Below are positions 10,296 to 20,114 of a stretch of DNA of 59,239 nucleotides, piece after piece (the stretch's first letter is position 1; each line of letters opens with the position of its first letter). The position numbers and the translations under genes are program-made. Source of the stretch: a virus (Duplodnaviria > Caudoviricetes); IMG/VR virus record IMGVR_UViG_3300034064_000298, positions 1 through 59,239 of that record. One strand, given 5' to 3'. The notes below the pieces were generated by a model. That model was given only the letters and a program-made list of their open reading frames with translations, was not told where the DNA came from and searched no databases.

Positions 10296-10327
10296 GTTTG
10301 TATCTCCTGTTTTCTTTCTATGCGGCT

Positions 10328-10356
10328 ATTATACCAAGAAATCTTGTTCAAGTCAA
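10328..10356 (-). promoter_or_regulatory. Sigma70-type promoter
   Basis: TTGACT-17 nt-TATAAT. Confidence 0.75.
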
Positions 10357-10362
10357 CTCTTT

Positions 10363-10650
10363 TTATCGATTAGGATACTGATATTGCTGTTGGCGAGGTT
10401 GACCTTGTGGTGGCAGGTTGATGATGATAGGCGGACTTTGCTGAATCACTGTGTTGTAGGTGAACGATGGTCCTTGTATCGGATATCCACCATAACCATA
10501 ACCACCGTAGTAGCCTATAGGTCCGCCGTAGTAGCCCATTCCACCACCGTAGTAACCCATCGGGACACCAAAGTTTGCTCCGTAACCACCGTACCATGCA
10601 GACGCCGTTGAACTTGCTATCATTAGTGCTGCGAATAGGAACTTTTTCAT
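10363..10650 (-). CDS. Secreted G/Y-rich small protein
   Basis: Signal peptide MKKFLFAALMIASSTASA; GYYGG repeats; RBS and TTGACG-17-TATTCT promoter at 10675-10703. Confidence 0.75.
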   Translation of the reverse strand: MKKFLFAALMIASSTASAWYGGYGANFGVPMGYYGGGMGYYGGPIGYYGGYGYGGYPIQGPSFTYNTVIQQSPPIIINLPPQGQPRQQQYQYPNR

Positions 10651-10699
10651 CTCGTTCTCCTTTATGTTGGACTAAGAATACATCATTACGCGATGCGCG

Positions 10700-11242
10700 T
10701 CAAGTCTCAATCAGAGATAAAACGCTAGAAATGGTATCTTTGTTAAGATTCTCCAATGAAGCCAAATCTTTTCGTAAATCTTCTTCGTGATCAATGATGA
10801 CCCATTCGACGTTTGGATGAGATTTGATGACTTCGTTGACTAGGCCGAAATAGTGGTTGGTTTTTTCATCGGTCAATGGTTGATCGCACCAGTTAAATCC
10901 CATCAATATTACGATATCACTCACCGCAGCGGTTAGATGAAATGCGATGATTTCTTCGGGGTTATTCACCTCATGTGAAAACCCACCAGCAAACGCTTTC
11001 ATGTTTTTGGTGGGATTTGTTATATTCACAAGAGCTTCTCTAGGCACGTACAGATTGCACAGCTCGTAGAATTTTTGAGTTACCAATTTGTATGCTTGGT
11101 CGACTTCGTAGCAGATGACGTTGTCAGTGCTGCACGACTTCCAAGATTGCCAGCCACCCCAAAAACTACCGATAGATTTCAATTTTTCTAAGTCGGCATG
11201 TGGAATCGAGTGATTGTTTGAAACTACCAGATTTATATTCAT
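10700..11242 (-). CDS. Hypothetical protein
   Basis: 180-aa ORF coupled to upstream ORF. Confidence 0.65.
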   Translation of the reverse strand: MNINLVVSNNHSIPHADLEKLKSIGSFWGGWQSWKSCSTDNVICYEVDQAYKLVTQKFYELCNLYVPREALVNITNPTKNMKAFAGGFSHEVNNPEEIIAFHLTAAVSDIVILMGFNWCDQPLTDEKTNHYFGLVNEVIKSHPNVEWVIIDHEEDLRKDLASLENLNKDTISSVLSLIET

Positions 11243-11592
11243 TTCTGTATGTAATATGACCAGCTATCTGGAAGTTCTGAACTGCTCAATGTTTCTACCC
11301 TACTCAACAGTTCATCATAGAATGTATCCAACTCGCCGCCCCATTTACCGTATAGATTTGCTATTTTTGATTTACATTCTTTCCATGATCTAGAACGGTA
11401 GTCTTCCAATAACATATTATGAAGAGTTATTTGATTTGTTGATTCTGCGATCTCCTCGAATGGAATATTCTCGACTACGCAGTATGACTCAATAACTAAC
11501 CCAGTTTCATTGAACTTGAGGGTATCAAGTTCAAGAACTACATATTTTTGAGATAGACTCTCAGCTCTTTCTTTGCCTAAAATAATATTCAC
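11239..11592 (-). CDS. Hypothetical protein (probable GTG start at 11592)
   Basis: AAAGGAGA RBS before GTG-AAT-ATT; this start avoids overlap with the divergent gene. Confidence 0.6.
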   Translation of the reverse strand: MNIILGKERAESLSQKYVVLELDTLKFNETGLVIESYCVVENIPFEEIAESTNQITLHNMLLEDYRSRSWKECKSKIANLYGKWGGELDTFYDELLSRVETLSSSELPDSWSYYIQK

Positions 11593-11620
11593 TGTTTCTC
11601 CTTTGATAAATATATTTACT

Positions 11621-12415
11621 ATGGTATTTAGCTTCGACATAATTAGTGATTTACACTGTGACGCCAAGAATTCTGGAATTAACTGGGATGGCTTTGCCAC
11701 AAGTCCATTCTGTATTGTGACCGGTGATGTCGCTCGTAACAGACAAAGTTTGATTAAGACTCTTTCCCGCGTTGCCGATAGTTATCCAGGTGGAGTGTTT
11801 TACATCGATGGCAATGATGAACATCGAGACTACTACAGCGACGTCGTTGATAGTTATCAAGATTTATCTCAATCGCTCAAGAAAATAAATAACCTGGTTT
11901 ATCTCCATGACAATATTGTCGTTATAGACGGAGTAGCAATAGTCGCAGTCAATGGATGGTGGACATATGACTTCAATCCGGAAGTAGACGTCGCTGCGAC
12001 ATTTGAGTGGTTCGATGAATACGCGAACACTACAAGAATGCAGTCAAACAACCTAGTGAAATTGGCCTACGCCGACGCGGCATATCTGGTAAACAGCGTC
12101 AAGAGACTACAGAAACATCCTAGCGTGAAGAAAATTGTGATCGTGTCACACACTCTGCCCGCTCCATGGTTAGCATCACATGATATCGATCTAGTCAATA
12201 CTTTTAGATTCAACTGCTTAGGAAATCAGTATCTTCAGCTGGCACTCGAAGAAGATACTGAACACAAAATAGATACTTGGGTATTCGGTCATTATCACAA
12301 ACCAGTCGACCAAGTAAGGGATGGCATCAGGTATGTAAGTAACCCACGCGGGAGACCGAATACTCCCTGGTCACAAAATCCATATTATCCAAGAAGGATA
12401 GATATAGAAATTTAG
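11621..12415 (+). CDS. Calcineurin-like metallophosphoesterase
   Basis: ISDLH, VTGD, GNDE, SHT, FGHYH motifs; GATAAATA at 11605-11612 just before the ATG. Confidence 0.85.
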   Translation: MVFSFDIISDLHCDAKNSGINWDGFATSPFCIVTGDVARNRQSLIKTLSRVADSYPGGVFYIDGNDEHRDYYSDVVDSYQDLSQSLKKINNLVYLHDNIVVIDGVAIVAVNGWWTYDFNPEVDVAATFEWFDEYANTTRMQSNNLVKLAYADAAYLVNSVKRLQKHPSVKKIVIVSHTLPAPWLASHDIDLVNTFRFNCLGNQYLQLALEEDTEHKIDTWVFGHYHKPVDQVRDGIRYVSNPRGRPNTPWSQNPYYPRRIDIEI

Positions 12416-12720
12416 TGAACATCTGGTTCTAGCTTTACCTGTAATGGGTAATTCTGAGACCTAGCGGCCATCGTGATTTCCACTCCTTTCTGCTCGGCGA
12501 TCTCGTATGGCAACACTGCTACCACAGCTGACCCGTTTTCGTGAATATCATAAGTAATATCCATAGCAGTTTCTTCGGAGTAGTTGAAGAAGTCTATCAA
12601 TGATCCACTTACAAATTCCATTGACGTCAGGTTATCGTTGAGATAGATAATCTTATATAATGGAGGTTCCTTGACCTCTAAGTTAGTTTTGATCTTCGTA
12701 ATCGATTCTACATGTGCCAT
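12412..12720 (-). CDS. clpS: ClpS N-end-rule adaptor
   Basis: PPLYKIIYLNDNLTSMEFV...IHENG.AVV..YEIAE.K...YPL. Confidence 0.9.
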   Translation of the reverse strand: MAHVESITKIKTNLEVKEPPLYKIIYLNDNLTSMEFVSGSLIDFFNYSEETAMDITYDIHENGSAVVAVLPYEIAEQKGVEITMAARSQNYPLQVKLEPDVH

Positions 12721-12740
12721 TTTAGTACCTTTGTGTGATA

Positions 12741-12762
12741 GTAGGGGAGAAATCTCCCCTAC
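12741..12762. terminator. Hairpin between hsp20 and clpS
   Basis: gtaggggaga-aa-tctcccctac inverted repeat. Confidence 0.6.
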
Positions 12763-12782
12763 GTTATTTATTGATTCAGTAT

Positions 12783-13229
12783 CTAGTTAATGTAGGTAAT
12801 GCTGATGTTTTTTGGTTTGGATTCTTCTGGAATAATACGTTCCAATCTGACGGAAAGTATTCCATTGGTTGCGACTGCGTCGATCACTTCTACACGATCA
12901 GCCAAGCTGAATGTTCGAATAAATCGTCTAGAGCTGATACCATGATGGATATATTCCACTGGTTTTTCTGATGAATTTTCAGATTTCTCTCCAGAGATTA
13001 TCAAAACTCCCTCTTGCACGATGGCAGTTACCTCACCTGGAGTGAATCCTGCTATGGCGACTTGTACCTCGAATGAGTTCTCGGCTGTTTTTATGATGTT
13101 ATATGGAGGATAAGTTCCATTACCATTGTTGTTAGCCTCCATCTGGTTGATCACGCGATTGAGAATATTGTCGATGCCAATCGTGTTGCGATAGAACGGA
13201 GTCAGGTCCGCGGTTGTTAGTCTTGTCAT
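12783..13229 (-). CDS. Small heat-shock protein (Hsp20/IbpA family)
   Basis: YPPYNI, AIAGF, YIHHGISSRRF.R.F.LA, NGILSV.L. Confidence 0.92.
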   Translation of the reverse strand: MTRLTTADLTPFYRNTIGIDNILNRVINQMEANNNGNGTYPPYNIIKTAENSFEVQVAIAGFTPGEVTAIVQEGVLIISGEKSENSSEKPVEYIHHGISSRRFIRTFSLADRVEVIDAVATNGILSVRLERIIPEESKPKNISITYIN

Positions 13230-13281
13230 TTCGTTTCTCCTATATTAAGCAAGTTACACGATGCGAGCCCGATATCGGCAC
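13230..13281 (-). promoter_or_regulatory. ROSE-like RNA thermometer in hsp20 leader
   Basis: GCCGAuauCGGGC hairpin then CUUGCU..AGGAG anti-SD stem. Confidence 0.6.
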
Positions 13282-13305
13282 TTACACCGTAGGTTTACGT
13301 GGATA

Positions 13306-13602
13306 TCAATCTTGGCCGATGATTGCCACGATTTCTTCTTCGCGTAGAATGTGATATTCTACGCCATCAACTTTGAGAGTTTGTCCCGCATGTTTCGAGA
13401 ACAGAATCCTATCTCCAGGTTTCACTACCAATGGAACGACTGTCCCATCTTTCGCAAATCCACCTGAACCTACTTCTACTACTTCTCCCTGCGTGGGTTT
13501 TTCTGATGCAGAGTCGGGAATAATCAGACCGAAAGCAGTCACTGCTTCTGATTCAATTAGTTTGACTGCGATACGATCTCGAAGTGGTTTTAGTTTACTC
13601 AT
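13306..13602 (-). CDS. groES: Co-chaperonin GroES
   Basis: LKPLRDRI, GLIIPDSA.EKP, GEVV.VG.G, VKPGD. Confidence 0.93.
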   Translation of the reverse strand: MSKLKPLRDRIAVKLIESEAVTAFGLIIPDSASEKPTQGEVVEVGSGGFAKDGTVVPLVVKPGDRILFSKHAGQTLKVDGVEYHILREEEIVAIIGQD

Positions 13603-13627
13603 TATTACTCCTTGGTTGATATTTTAT

Positions 13628-13666
13628 ATGGTAGCAGATGTTAACGGAGTTGTCAACATCTGCTAC
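13628..13666 (-). promoter_or_regulatory. groES promoter embedded in a 12-bp inverted repeat (possibly also the dnaK terminator)
   Basis: TTGACA-17 nt-TACCAT; gtagcagatgtt/aacatctgctac. Confidence 0.6.
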
Positions 13667-13675
13667 TGGTTTTAG

Positions 13676-15565
13676 TTACGCTGCTTCAGTGAACTGTGCA
13701 TCGACGACAGCATCATCGGCGGGGGAGGCACTCTCCGTCTCGTTTTTAGGAGTTGCATCCCTAACGATCTTACTAGCATCGAGAAGCTTTTCCGTTGCTT
13801 TCCTGATCTGCTGAAGGTCGTCACCAGACGTTGATTCCTCGACCTCCGAAAGGGCAGTCTCGATCTGATCAATATCGTCCGAACTAAGCCTGTCCTTGAC
13901 TTCAGAGAGTTCCTTCCTGATTTGATGAACATGTTGCTCTGCATGGTTTCTTGCCTCGATCAGTTCTTTCAGTTTCTTGTCAGACTCTGCGTTCATTTCA
14001 GCTTCATTTATCATACGCTTAATTTCAGCATCTGTCAAGCCAGAATCACTCTTAATTGTGATTTTATTTTGCTTACCAGAGGACTTGTCCTTTGCAGATA
14101 TATTCATAATGCCGTTGGCATCGATGTCAAACGTGACTTCAATTTGTGGTGTACCACGAGGCGCAGGTGGAATACCATTCAGGTCGAACTTGCCGAGTTG
14201 TTTATTGTAGCTGAACAATTCGCGTTCGCCCTGTGCTACGTTGATCGTCACAGCAGCCTGGTTATCCTCGGCTGTTGAAAATACCTGACTTGCCTTGGTA
14301 GGAATAGTGGTATTCTTTTCGATGAGTTTGGTAAATACACCTCCCATCGTTTCGATGCCTAAGGACAGAGGAGTCACGTCAAGTAACAATACATCTGTTT
14401 TTGTACCACCCAATACCGCGCCCTGTACCGCAGCACCAGCAGCAACAGCCTCATCTGGGTTCACATCTTTGCGAGGTGCCTTGTCAAACAGCTTTTCAAC
14501 TGCTTCTTGGACCTTGGGCATTCTAGTTTGCCCGCCAACCAATATAACCTCGTCGATATCTTTGGACGTAACTCCAGCATCTTTCAGTGCAGTTTTGCAT
14601 GGCGCAATGGTTCGCTCGATCAGATCTTCTACCATCGACTCGAACTTGGAGCGCGTGATGGTGATATCTAAATGCTTAGGTCCACTTGCATCCGCGGTAA
14701 CGTATGGTAGATTGATGCTTGTTTGTTGCGTACTCGATAGCTCAATCTTGGCTTTCTCTGCGGCATCTTTCAGACGTTGGAGCGCGAGCGTGTCATTCTT
14801 CAGATCGATGCCAGAGTCTTTCTTGAACTCGCTTACCAGATAGTCCATGAGGCGCTGGTCGAAGTCTTCACCGCCAAGCGCAGTGTCACCGTTGGTGGAT
14901 AGAACCTCAATCTGCTTTTCGCCATCGACGTTAATGATATCAATGATGGAGACGTCGAAGGTGCCGCCGCCTAAATCCCAGACCGCAATCTTTCGATCTT
15001 TTTTGTCTGCTTTGTCGACACCGTAGGCTAGAGCAGCTGCAGTAGGCTCATTGATGATGCGTAGAACCTCGAGTCCTGCTATTCTTCCAGCGTCCTTAGT
15101 AGCTTGACGCTGACTGTCGTTGAAATATGCAGGTACCGTGATAACCGCCTGTGTTACCTCGACTCCAAGATAGTCTTCGGCAGTCTTCTTCATCTTGCGT
15201 AAGACTTCAGCGGACACTTGCGGTGGGGCCAGTTCTTGTCCATTGGCTTTTACCCAAGCATCACCATTCTTCGCTTCGACAATCTCGTAAGGCATGAGGT
15301 CGATGTCTTTCTGGACCGCTTCTTCGGTGAACTTACGTCCGATCAAACGCTTTACGGCGTACAGGGTGTTCTTGGGGTTTGTTACTGACTGTCTTTTTGC
15401 GGAAGCACCTACCAATACTTCGTTGTCCGAGTATGCGATGATGGATGGAGTGGTTCTTGCGCCTTCTGCATTTTCGATGACTCGAGCGGAGCCATTTTCA
15501 AGAATTGCGACGCAGCTATTTGTAGTCCCGAGATCGATTCCCAGGATTGGGGTTGATTTGCTCAT
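13676..15565 (-). CDS. dnaK: Molecular chaperone DnaK (Hsp70)
   Basis: [43 protein letters not shown]-terminal VVDAQFTE; start at MSKSTP behind GGAGA RBS. Confidence 0.97.
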   Translation of the reverse strand: MSKSTPILGIDLGTTNSCVAILENGSARVIENAEGARTTPSIIAYSDNEVLVGASAKRQSVTNPKNTLYAVKRLIGRKFTEEAVQKDIDLMPYEIVEAKNGDAWVKANGQELAPPQVSAEVLRKMKKTAEDYLGVEVTQAVITVPAYFNDSQRQATKDAGRIAGLEVLRIINEPTAAALAYGVDKADKKDRKIAVWDLGGGTFDVSIIDIINVDGEKQIEVLSTNGDTALGGEDFDQRLMDYLVSEFKKDSGIDLKNDTLALQRLKDAAEKAKIELSSTQQTSINLPYVTADASGPKHLDITITRSKFESMVEDLIERTIAPCKTALKDAGVTSKDIDEVILVGGQTRMPKVQEAVEKLFDKAPRKDVNPDEAVAAGAAVQGAVLGGTKTDVLLLDVTPLSLGIETMGGVFTKLIEKNTTIPTKASQVFSTAEDNQAAVTINVAQGERELFSYNKQLGKFDLNGIPPAPRGTPQIEVTFDIDANGIMNISAKDKSSGKQNKITIKSDSGLTDAEIKRMINEAEMNAESDKKLKELIEARNHAEQHVHQIRKELSEVKDRLSSDDIDQIETALSEVEESTSGDDLQQIRKATEKLLDASKIVRDATPKNETESASPADDAVVDAQFTEAA

Positions 15566-15619
15566 TTTGTAGTCTCCTATTTTGTAGCAAGATTTAGTTA
15601 TAGGCCCGAAAATCGGCAC
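15566..15619 (-). promoter_or_regulatory. ROSE-like leader in front of dnaK
   Basis: GUGCCGAuuuUCGGGC hairpin then UCUUGCUA..UAGGAGA, same layout as the hsp20 leader. Confidence 0.55.
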
Positions 15620-15702
15620 CTCATGTTTTGTACACCATCTCTAACAGTGTACTCTTATTTAGACAACTATTCAAGTGAAAAGTTGCCCGAATTCAGTAAT
15701 AT

Positions 15703-16833
15703 TTAGTCAAATTCTCCAGACTCGACTCTAGCAATGAACTCTGGTTCTGTCCATGGCAATTTTTCGATCTGCCCACGTTGAAACATTTTGCGTTGTTCCT
15801 TCAGAGTCGTATGTGTATTTATCATTTTCCATATCTTGGAAGCCTTTTTGTAGTTGTGATGCTCTTCTTCCTCATCGTCGTCATCATCGACAACCGTTAT
15901 ATCTACCTCTTCAAAAAACGCGGTAGGTGGTCCCTCTCGATCTAGTCTTGCGTCTACTATATTGTCAACTACGTCACAGTCGTGATTAGGACAATCTTCG
16001 GATGAGTCTTCGGTATCGCCGGTTTCATATTGAACATCGTCGCTGATTTCTGGCTGATTATCAACTGCCTTTCTGCGTTCTCTTTCCCACTTCATGCTCT
16101 CTGTTGATGCAAGTACCATCATGATTGCAAGAGGATCAAACACCATCACCAATAGTATAATGACCCATCGTACTGCTCTTTCCAGCAAGTTGCCATCTGG
16201 ATTATCGCCGTAGATAACAGCAGCCAGATATTTTATAGGACCTACTTCCGCTTCAACCTTGCGAAGAGTGCTTGCTATAGGCGCTCTTTCGTCATTCAAT
16301 GCCGCGATGCGATCCTGTGCTTTGGCGATATCATTCTGCAAGCTCGCTCGTTCCTTTGCCTGAGACTTTCGCAGTTGAACCGCTCGTCCAGCTCCCTGTT
16401 CGCTCGTTGATCTGGCTATTGTCTGATCTACCGTCGCATTTAACTGCGATAGTGCCTGCTTCGATACCTCAATCGTATCCCTTTCCGTTTTTATTTTTTC
16501 GTCGAGTAATGCTATCTTGGCAGCTACATCGGCCGAGGGGACACCTTGATCCAAATGTGCCTTTGACAAGAATCCAAAAATACCCAGACTAGTGATGAAC
16601 ATCAGTAGCAAGACGGCAGGGATCAGATACAGCTTCATCAGTAAGCGGCACTGCGACCAATACTTATGCAGCCAAACGGTAGTCGTCACCTTTGCTATCT
16701 CTAGCGCGATCGACATTATCACCACTGGAATTACCGCAGCGGCAAATATCGCGGTAAGCCCTGCTATACTATAGTACGCAGCTACCGTCGATATCGACAA
16801 TGAAACAAATAAAACAAGATAAGATAAGCCCAT
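15703..16833 (-). CDS. Membrane protein with coiled coil and acidic tail
   Basis: Several hydrophobic helices and a coiled coil; GATAAATA at 16838-16845 just before MGLSYL. Confidence 0.7.
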   Translation of the reverse strand: MGLSYLVLFVSLSISTVAAYYSIAGLTAIFAAAVIPVVIMSIALEIAKVTTTVWLHKYWSQCRLLMKLYLIPAVLLLMFITSLGIFGFLSKAHLDQGVPSADVAAKIALLDEKIKTERDTIEVSKQALSQLNATVDQTIARSTSEQGAGRAVQLRKSQAKERASLQNDIAKAQDRIAALNDERAPIASTLRKVEAEVGPIKYLAAVIYGDNPDGNLLERAVRWVIILLVMVFDPLAIMMVLASTESMKWERERRKAVDNQPEISDDVQYETGDTEDSSEDCPNHDCDVVDNIVDARLDREGPPTAFFEEVDITVVDDDDDEEEEHHNYKKASKIWKMINTHTTLKEQRKMFQRGQIEKLPWTEPEFIARVESGEFD

Positions 16834-16843
16834 TAAGTATTTA

Positions 16844-17371
16844 TCAGAACCACGTGCGGTGTTTTTCAGCAACCCATTCAAAACCATTGTGTTCATGAAT
16901 AGTCCACTGGACGTTAGATGGCACTTTTACTATTTTCAGTGAAGCATGATTTCCCTCAGCTTTGATACCTAGTTCTTTCACTATATCTATCAGGATTGGA
17001 TCGTCTCTTTCGAGACGTTTGCAGTCCCAAGCTACGCCATTGGACAATATTAGATATGGTCCAAATTGTTCGTCTGAAAATCTATCCGACCTATGTTGTA
17101 TTGTGTAAGGTATCTTGGCTCGATCGAGATACGTTCTTTGAGCAATAGGCGATAGCTCGAAATCACCATAACTCTCGTTGATAACAACTTCGGTAAGTCC
17201 TATGAGATGAGACACAAATTCGTCCATCTCTTGATTTTCCGGAGGACTTACCACAGTCATTATTTTATTCACACAACACGCGCAGATGTAACGATCCCTT
17301 CCGTTGATCTCGATCGTTATGACCTTGTGGGGATTGTTACTAGCGCATATCGTACAAACTATCTTGCTCAT
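16844..17371 (-). CDS. C4 zinc-finger protein fused to a domain paralogous to 52066-52335
   Basis: CTIC..YICACCV; shared VIN.SYG.F.LS...R.DP.L..IV.ELG...LKIV.VP..V.W.I....G.EWVAEKHR.W. Confidence 0.7.
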   Translation of the reverse strand: MSKIVCTICASNNPHKVITIEINGRDRYICACCVNKIMTVVSPPENQEMDEFVSHLIGLTEVVINESYGDFELSPIAQRTYLDRAKIPYTIQHRSDRFSDEQFGPYLILSNGVAWDCKRLERDDPILIDIVKELGIKAEGNHASLKIVKVPSNVQWTIHEHNGFEWVAEKHRTWF

Positions 17372-17758
17372 TTAGTGAATTGGATCTGCCAATACCGGAC
17401 CAAATATTCTGACGTAATTTTCTTCGATCTTCCATCGTTCATCTGCCAATACCTGATCCTTCTGAGTTTCCCACTTGGTTTTTATCTCGTCTCTTTCATC
17501 TTCGGAGAAGCATGGATCAAAGTCGAACGTGCAATTTACCAGATTTGAAAGACTAACATGAACATTGTCGGTAACCACGCCCGCGTCGAACTTGATATCT
17601 TCTGGATAATCTCTAGCGTCAACGAAAGCATGCCCGTCTTTGTACGTTTCAGTTACTGCCCATCCTCGTGTAAATCCTCCCGACATCTTCTCGAATATAC
17701 TATAAAACGAGTTGACACTGTAATTTTCTATAGGGGTAATGCGATATAAGTTAGCCAT
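17372..17758 (-). CDS. Hypothetical protein
   Basis: 128-aa ORF with AGGAGA RBS. Confidence 0.65.
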   Translation of the reverse strand: MANLYRITPIENYSVNSFYSIFEKMSGGFTRGWAVTETYKDGHAFVDARDYPEDIKFDAGVVTDNVHVSLSNLVNCTFDFDPCFSEDERDEIKTKWETQKDQVLADERWKIEENYVRIFGPVLADPIH

Positions 17759-17767
17759 AGTTTTCTC

Positions 17768-18232
17768 CTAGCCTTGAGTTGAAAATTGATCTTTGGTCAG
17801 TTGGCAGACCATCATAAATTGATCGTATGCCGCTCGTACCGCTGGATTCTGTAACATTGTCTCCGCTTCTTTGCACATCGCGTCTATCCCTGCATCTACC
17901 GCTTCTACCGCTGATGGGAAAGCTAGATAGCTCATCTCTTCTCCGTAGGCTTCCTTCAGCTTCTTCCACGCTTTTTGTTGCGTCTCAGTAACAGGAGCGG
18001 TCATAGGCCTAGCCGACGATGCTTCAATCAGAACATCCGTAATTTTGTCTCTGGCATAGCTACCTGCTGCAATCATAGCTGCGAAATTTGGATCTATTGG
18101 TCTTTTGCTAACACTGCCTGGCTTCGCAAAAACTAAGGTAGTTCCCATTCGGTAGCTGTTTGAAAATTCTTCGTCATATTCCGAAATTGGAACATATCTT
18201 CGACCTTTCTTAATATAAAAAGTCGAACTCAT
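17768..18232 (-). CDS. Hypothetical protein
   Basis: 154-aa ORF in minus-strand operon. Confidence 0.65.
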   Translation of the reverse strand: MSSTFYIKKGRRYVPISEYDEEFSNSYRMGTTLVFAKPGSVSKRPIDPNFAAMIAAGSYARDKITDVLIEASSARPMTAPVTETQQKAWKKLKEAYGEEMSYLAFPSAVEAVDAGIDAMCKEAETMLQNPAVRAAYDQFMMVCQLTKDQFSTQG

Positions 18233-18367
18233 ACGAATTTCTCGTAGATATTAAGTATCAACTGCCTAAGCTCAGGGAATAATGCCAATATTAGTATTAC
18301 TGCCACCAACACGTTTAGTATAATTTCCATTTTGATCTCCTTTGAACCATGACTCTACTGTAACAGA

Positions 18368-18661
18368 TCACTCGTCGTCTGACAACACTGTTGCTCTCTT
18401 TAAGTTTCCTGTCTCTCCATCGAATAACAACCTAATGTTAGGATTTTCCCAGTGTTCGGCAGGTCTGAACACACACTTTCCAGGAACGAGTTCAAGAATA
18501 CCCAACACTACTTCATCAGCTTTAGGCGGTCTGATTCGATATTCAACATCCTCATCCCATGAAGGATTAGTCTCTATCCATTCGCCGGTTACAGTATCTC
18601 GTTCCTCTATGATTCTTCCATCTGCCCAAGCAACAATACAGACTGCGTGTTTGTGTTTCAT
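18368..18661 (-). CDS. Hypothetical phage protein
   Basis: 97-aa ORF, AGGAGA RBS, P.W....EYRI.P motif. Confidence 0.65.
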   Translation of the reverse strand: MKHKHAVCIVAWADGRIIEERDTVTGEWIETNPSWDEDVEYRIRPPKADEVVLGILELVPGKCVFRPAEHWENPNIRLLFDGETGNLKRATVLSDDE

Positions 18662-18675
18662 GTTATGTTCTCCTA

Positions 18676-20049
18676 TTAGAATTTGTCACCAGGGTTAAAT
18701 GCTCGGAACCGCACAAATCGAGGGAATCGAAGTGAGTAGCTGCCGTCCTGATTCTGCGTCACCACGTCGGCCATCACCTCTACTACCATATCAATGGTCG
18801 TTTCTTTGTCTTCCCAAATCTGCTGGCGCTGTTCGTCTGTAAGGCCGCTACCGACGTTGACTCGAATGAGTTTGCCATCATCCTCGCCTTCGCATACCAA
18901 CGCGCCCAGCCGCCCCTCATTCTTGCCTGTGCCTTCTTCTAGTCCAACCACTACCAGGTCAAAAGTCGACGTAGGTTTCAGCTTCATCCAAGCATCTGTG
19001 CGCTTAGTCTGATACGGCGCTTCCATATTTTTTATCATGATACCTTCGTAACCGAGCTTCAACGCCTCTTCGAAGTATTCTTGAAGAGTAGTGTTGCCTT
19101 CTTCCATACTAAGATCAACTAGGATACCTTCGGAAATCTGAAGACATTTTGAATTTTCTAAGCTAGGACGAAGCTGCTCCAGTATCTGGATACGTTTTTT
19201 CTGTTGTGCATTCCAGAAACCTCGCTCGAAATCTACGAGTGGAATAACATCGAAGATGTTGTAGATCATGTCGGTTGTTTCGACATCGCTCTTTCGCTGA
19301 GCCTGTTTCATTAGCTGTTGAAAACTCTCACCGATAACTTCGCCGTCCAACACGAAGCCATCATCTAACCATTGGTTTAGGAACGCTTTCAGTTTCGTCA
19401 ACTCTAATATCTCCTTCTCGATCTGAGGGAAGTTATTGAGTGGCTTGCCGTTTCGGCTCATTAGTTCTACCGAATCACGTCTTACTATAGCGAGCATCCT
19501 AACACCGTCGAGTTTGTACTCGAGTCGCTTAATACCAGTCATATTCTTGGGTTTTTTGGTTGAATCTACCGCAAGCTGGCAGCTAAATACTGGAATAGCC
19601 CACTTGGACTTGCCTACGATTTTGTTTATAGTTGATTCACTGAACCCGCATCTTAGGTCCTTCAGGATAACTCTACGGCACATTCTGTTCCACTCGTCCG
19701 AGTCGAACTCTTCGCTCAACAGTCGGATGGCATCTCTTGCCGCGTTTCCAGTTAGGGCTCTGGTTCTAAGTGTGTCACACAATGCCCAGAAGTCATGCCA
19801 GGGGTTAGGTCGATTTGTTAAGCCAACAGTTTCATCTACCTGCCGAACACCATACACGAAAAAGGGATTGTACGCTAGGTAGCAGTTGTAAAGGAATGCC
19901 TCAGCGTTCAAGCTGCCGACGGTGGCGGCGGCAAAGGCTTCCTTGATCACGCTTTCCTTGTGGAGGCGGCTATTGCTTGACTCTAGTTTCTGAATCCAAC
20001 AGTTGGCCAACGTGAAGCCACTATAGTTGGTATTCGCTATCTCTATCAT
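18676..20049 (-). CDS. ATP-dependent DNA ligase
   Basis: EYKLDGVR (motif I), LDGE, EGIMIK, WMKLK, VGSG, SLRFPRF (OB fold); TTGACA-17-TATTAT promoter at 20082-20110. Confidence 0.93.
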   Translation of the reverse strand: MIEIANTNYSGFTLANCWIQKLESSNSRLHKESVIKEAFAAATVGSLNAEAFLYNCYLAYNPFFVYGVRQVDETVGLTNRPNPWHDFWALCDTLRTRALTGNAARDAIRLLSEEFDSDEWNRMCRRVILKDLRCGFSESTINKIVGKSKWAIPVFSCQLAVDSTKKPKNMTGIKRLEYKLDGVRMLAIVRRDSVELMSRNGKPLNNFPQIEKEILELTKLKAFLNQWLDDGFVLDGEVIGESFQQLMKQAQRKSDVETTDMIYNIFDVIPLVDFERGFWNAQQKKRIQILEQLRPSLENSKCLQISEGILVDLSMEEGNTTLQEYFEEALKLGYEGIMIKNMEAPYQTKRTDAWMKLKPTSTFDLVVVGLEEGTGKNEGRLGALVCEGEDDGKLIRVNVGSGLTDEQRQQIWEDKETTIDMVVEVMADVVTQNQDGSYSLRFPRFVRFRAFNPGDKF

Positions 20050-20114
20050 GTCGTCTCTCCGTTTATTTAAGGTATGAGTGCATAATACACGGATGAAAGG
20101 GGCCTGTCAACTAC

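Noticed and set aside
6669-15565. Bacterial chromosome or contamination suggested by dnaK, groES and clpP
   Set aside because: These genes are interleaved with phage genes, share the phage promoter motifs and lack their normal bacterial operon partners.
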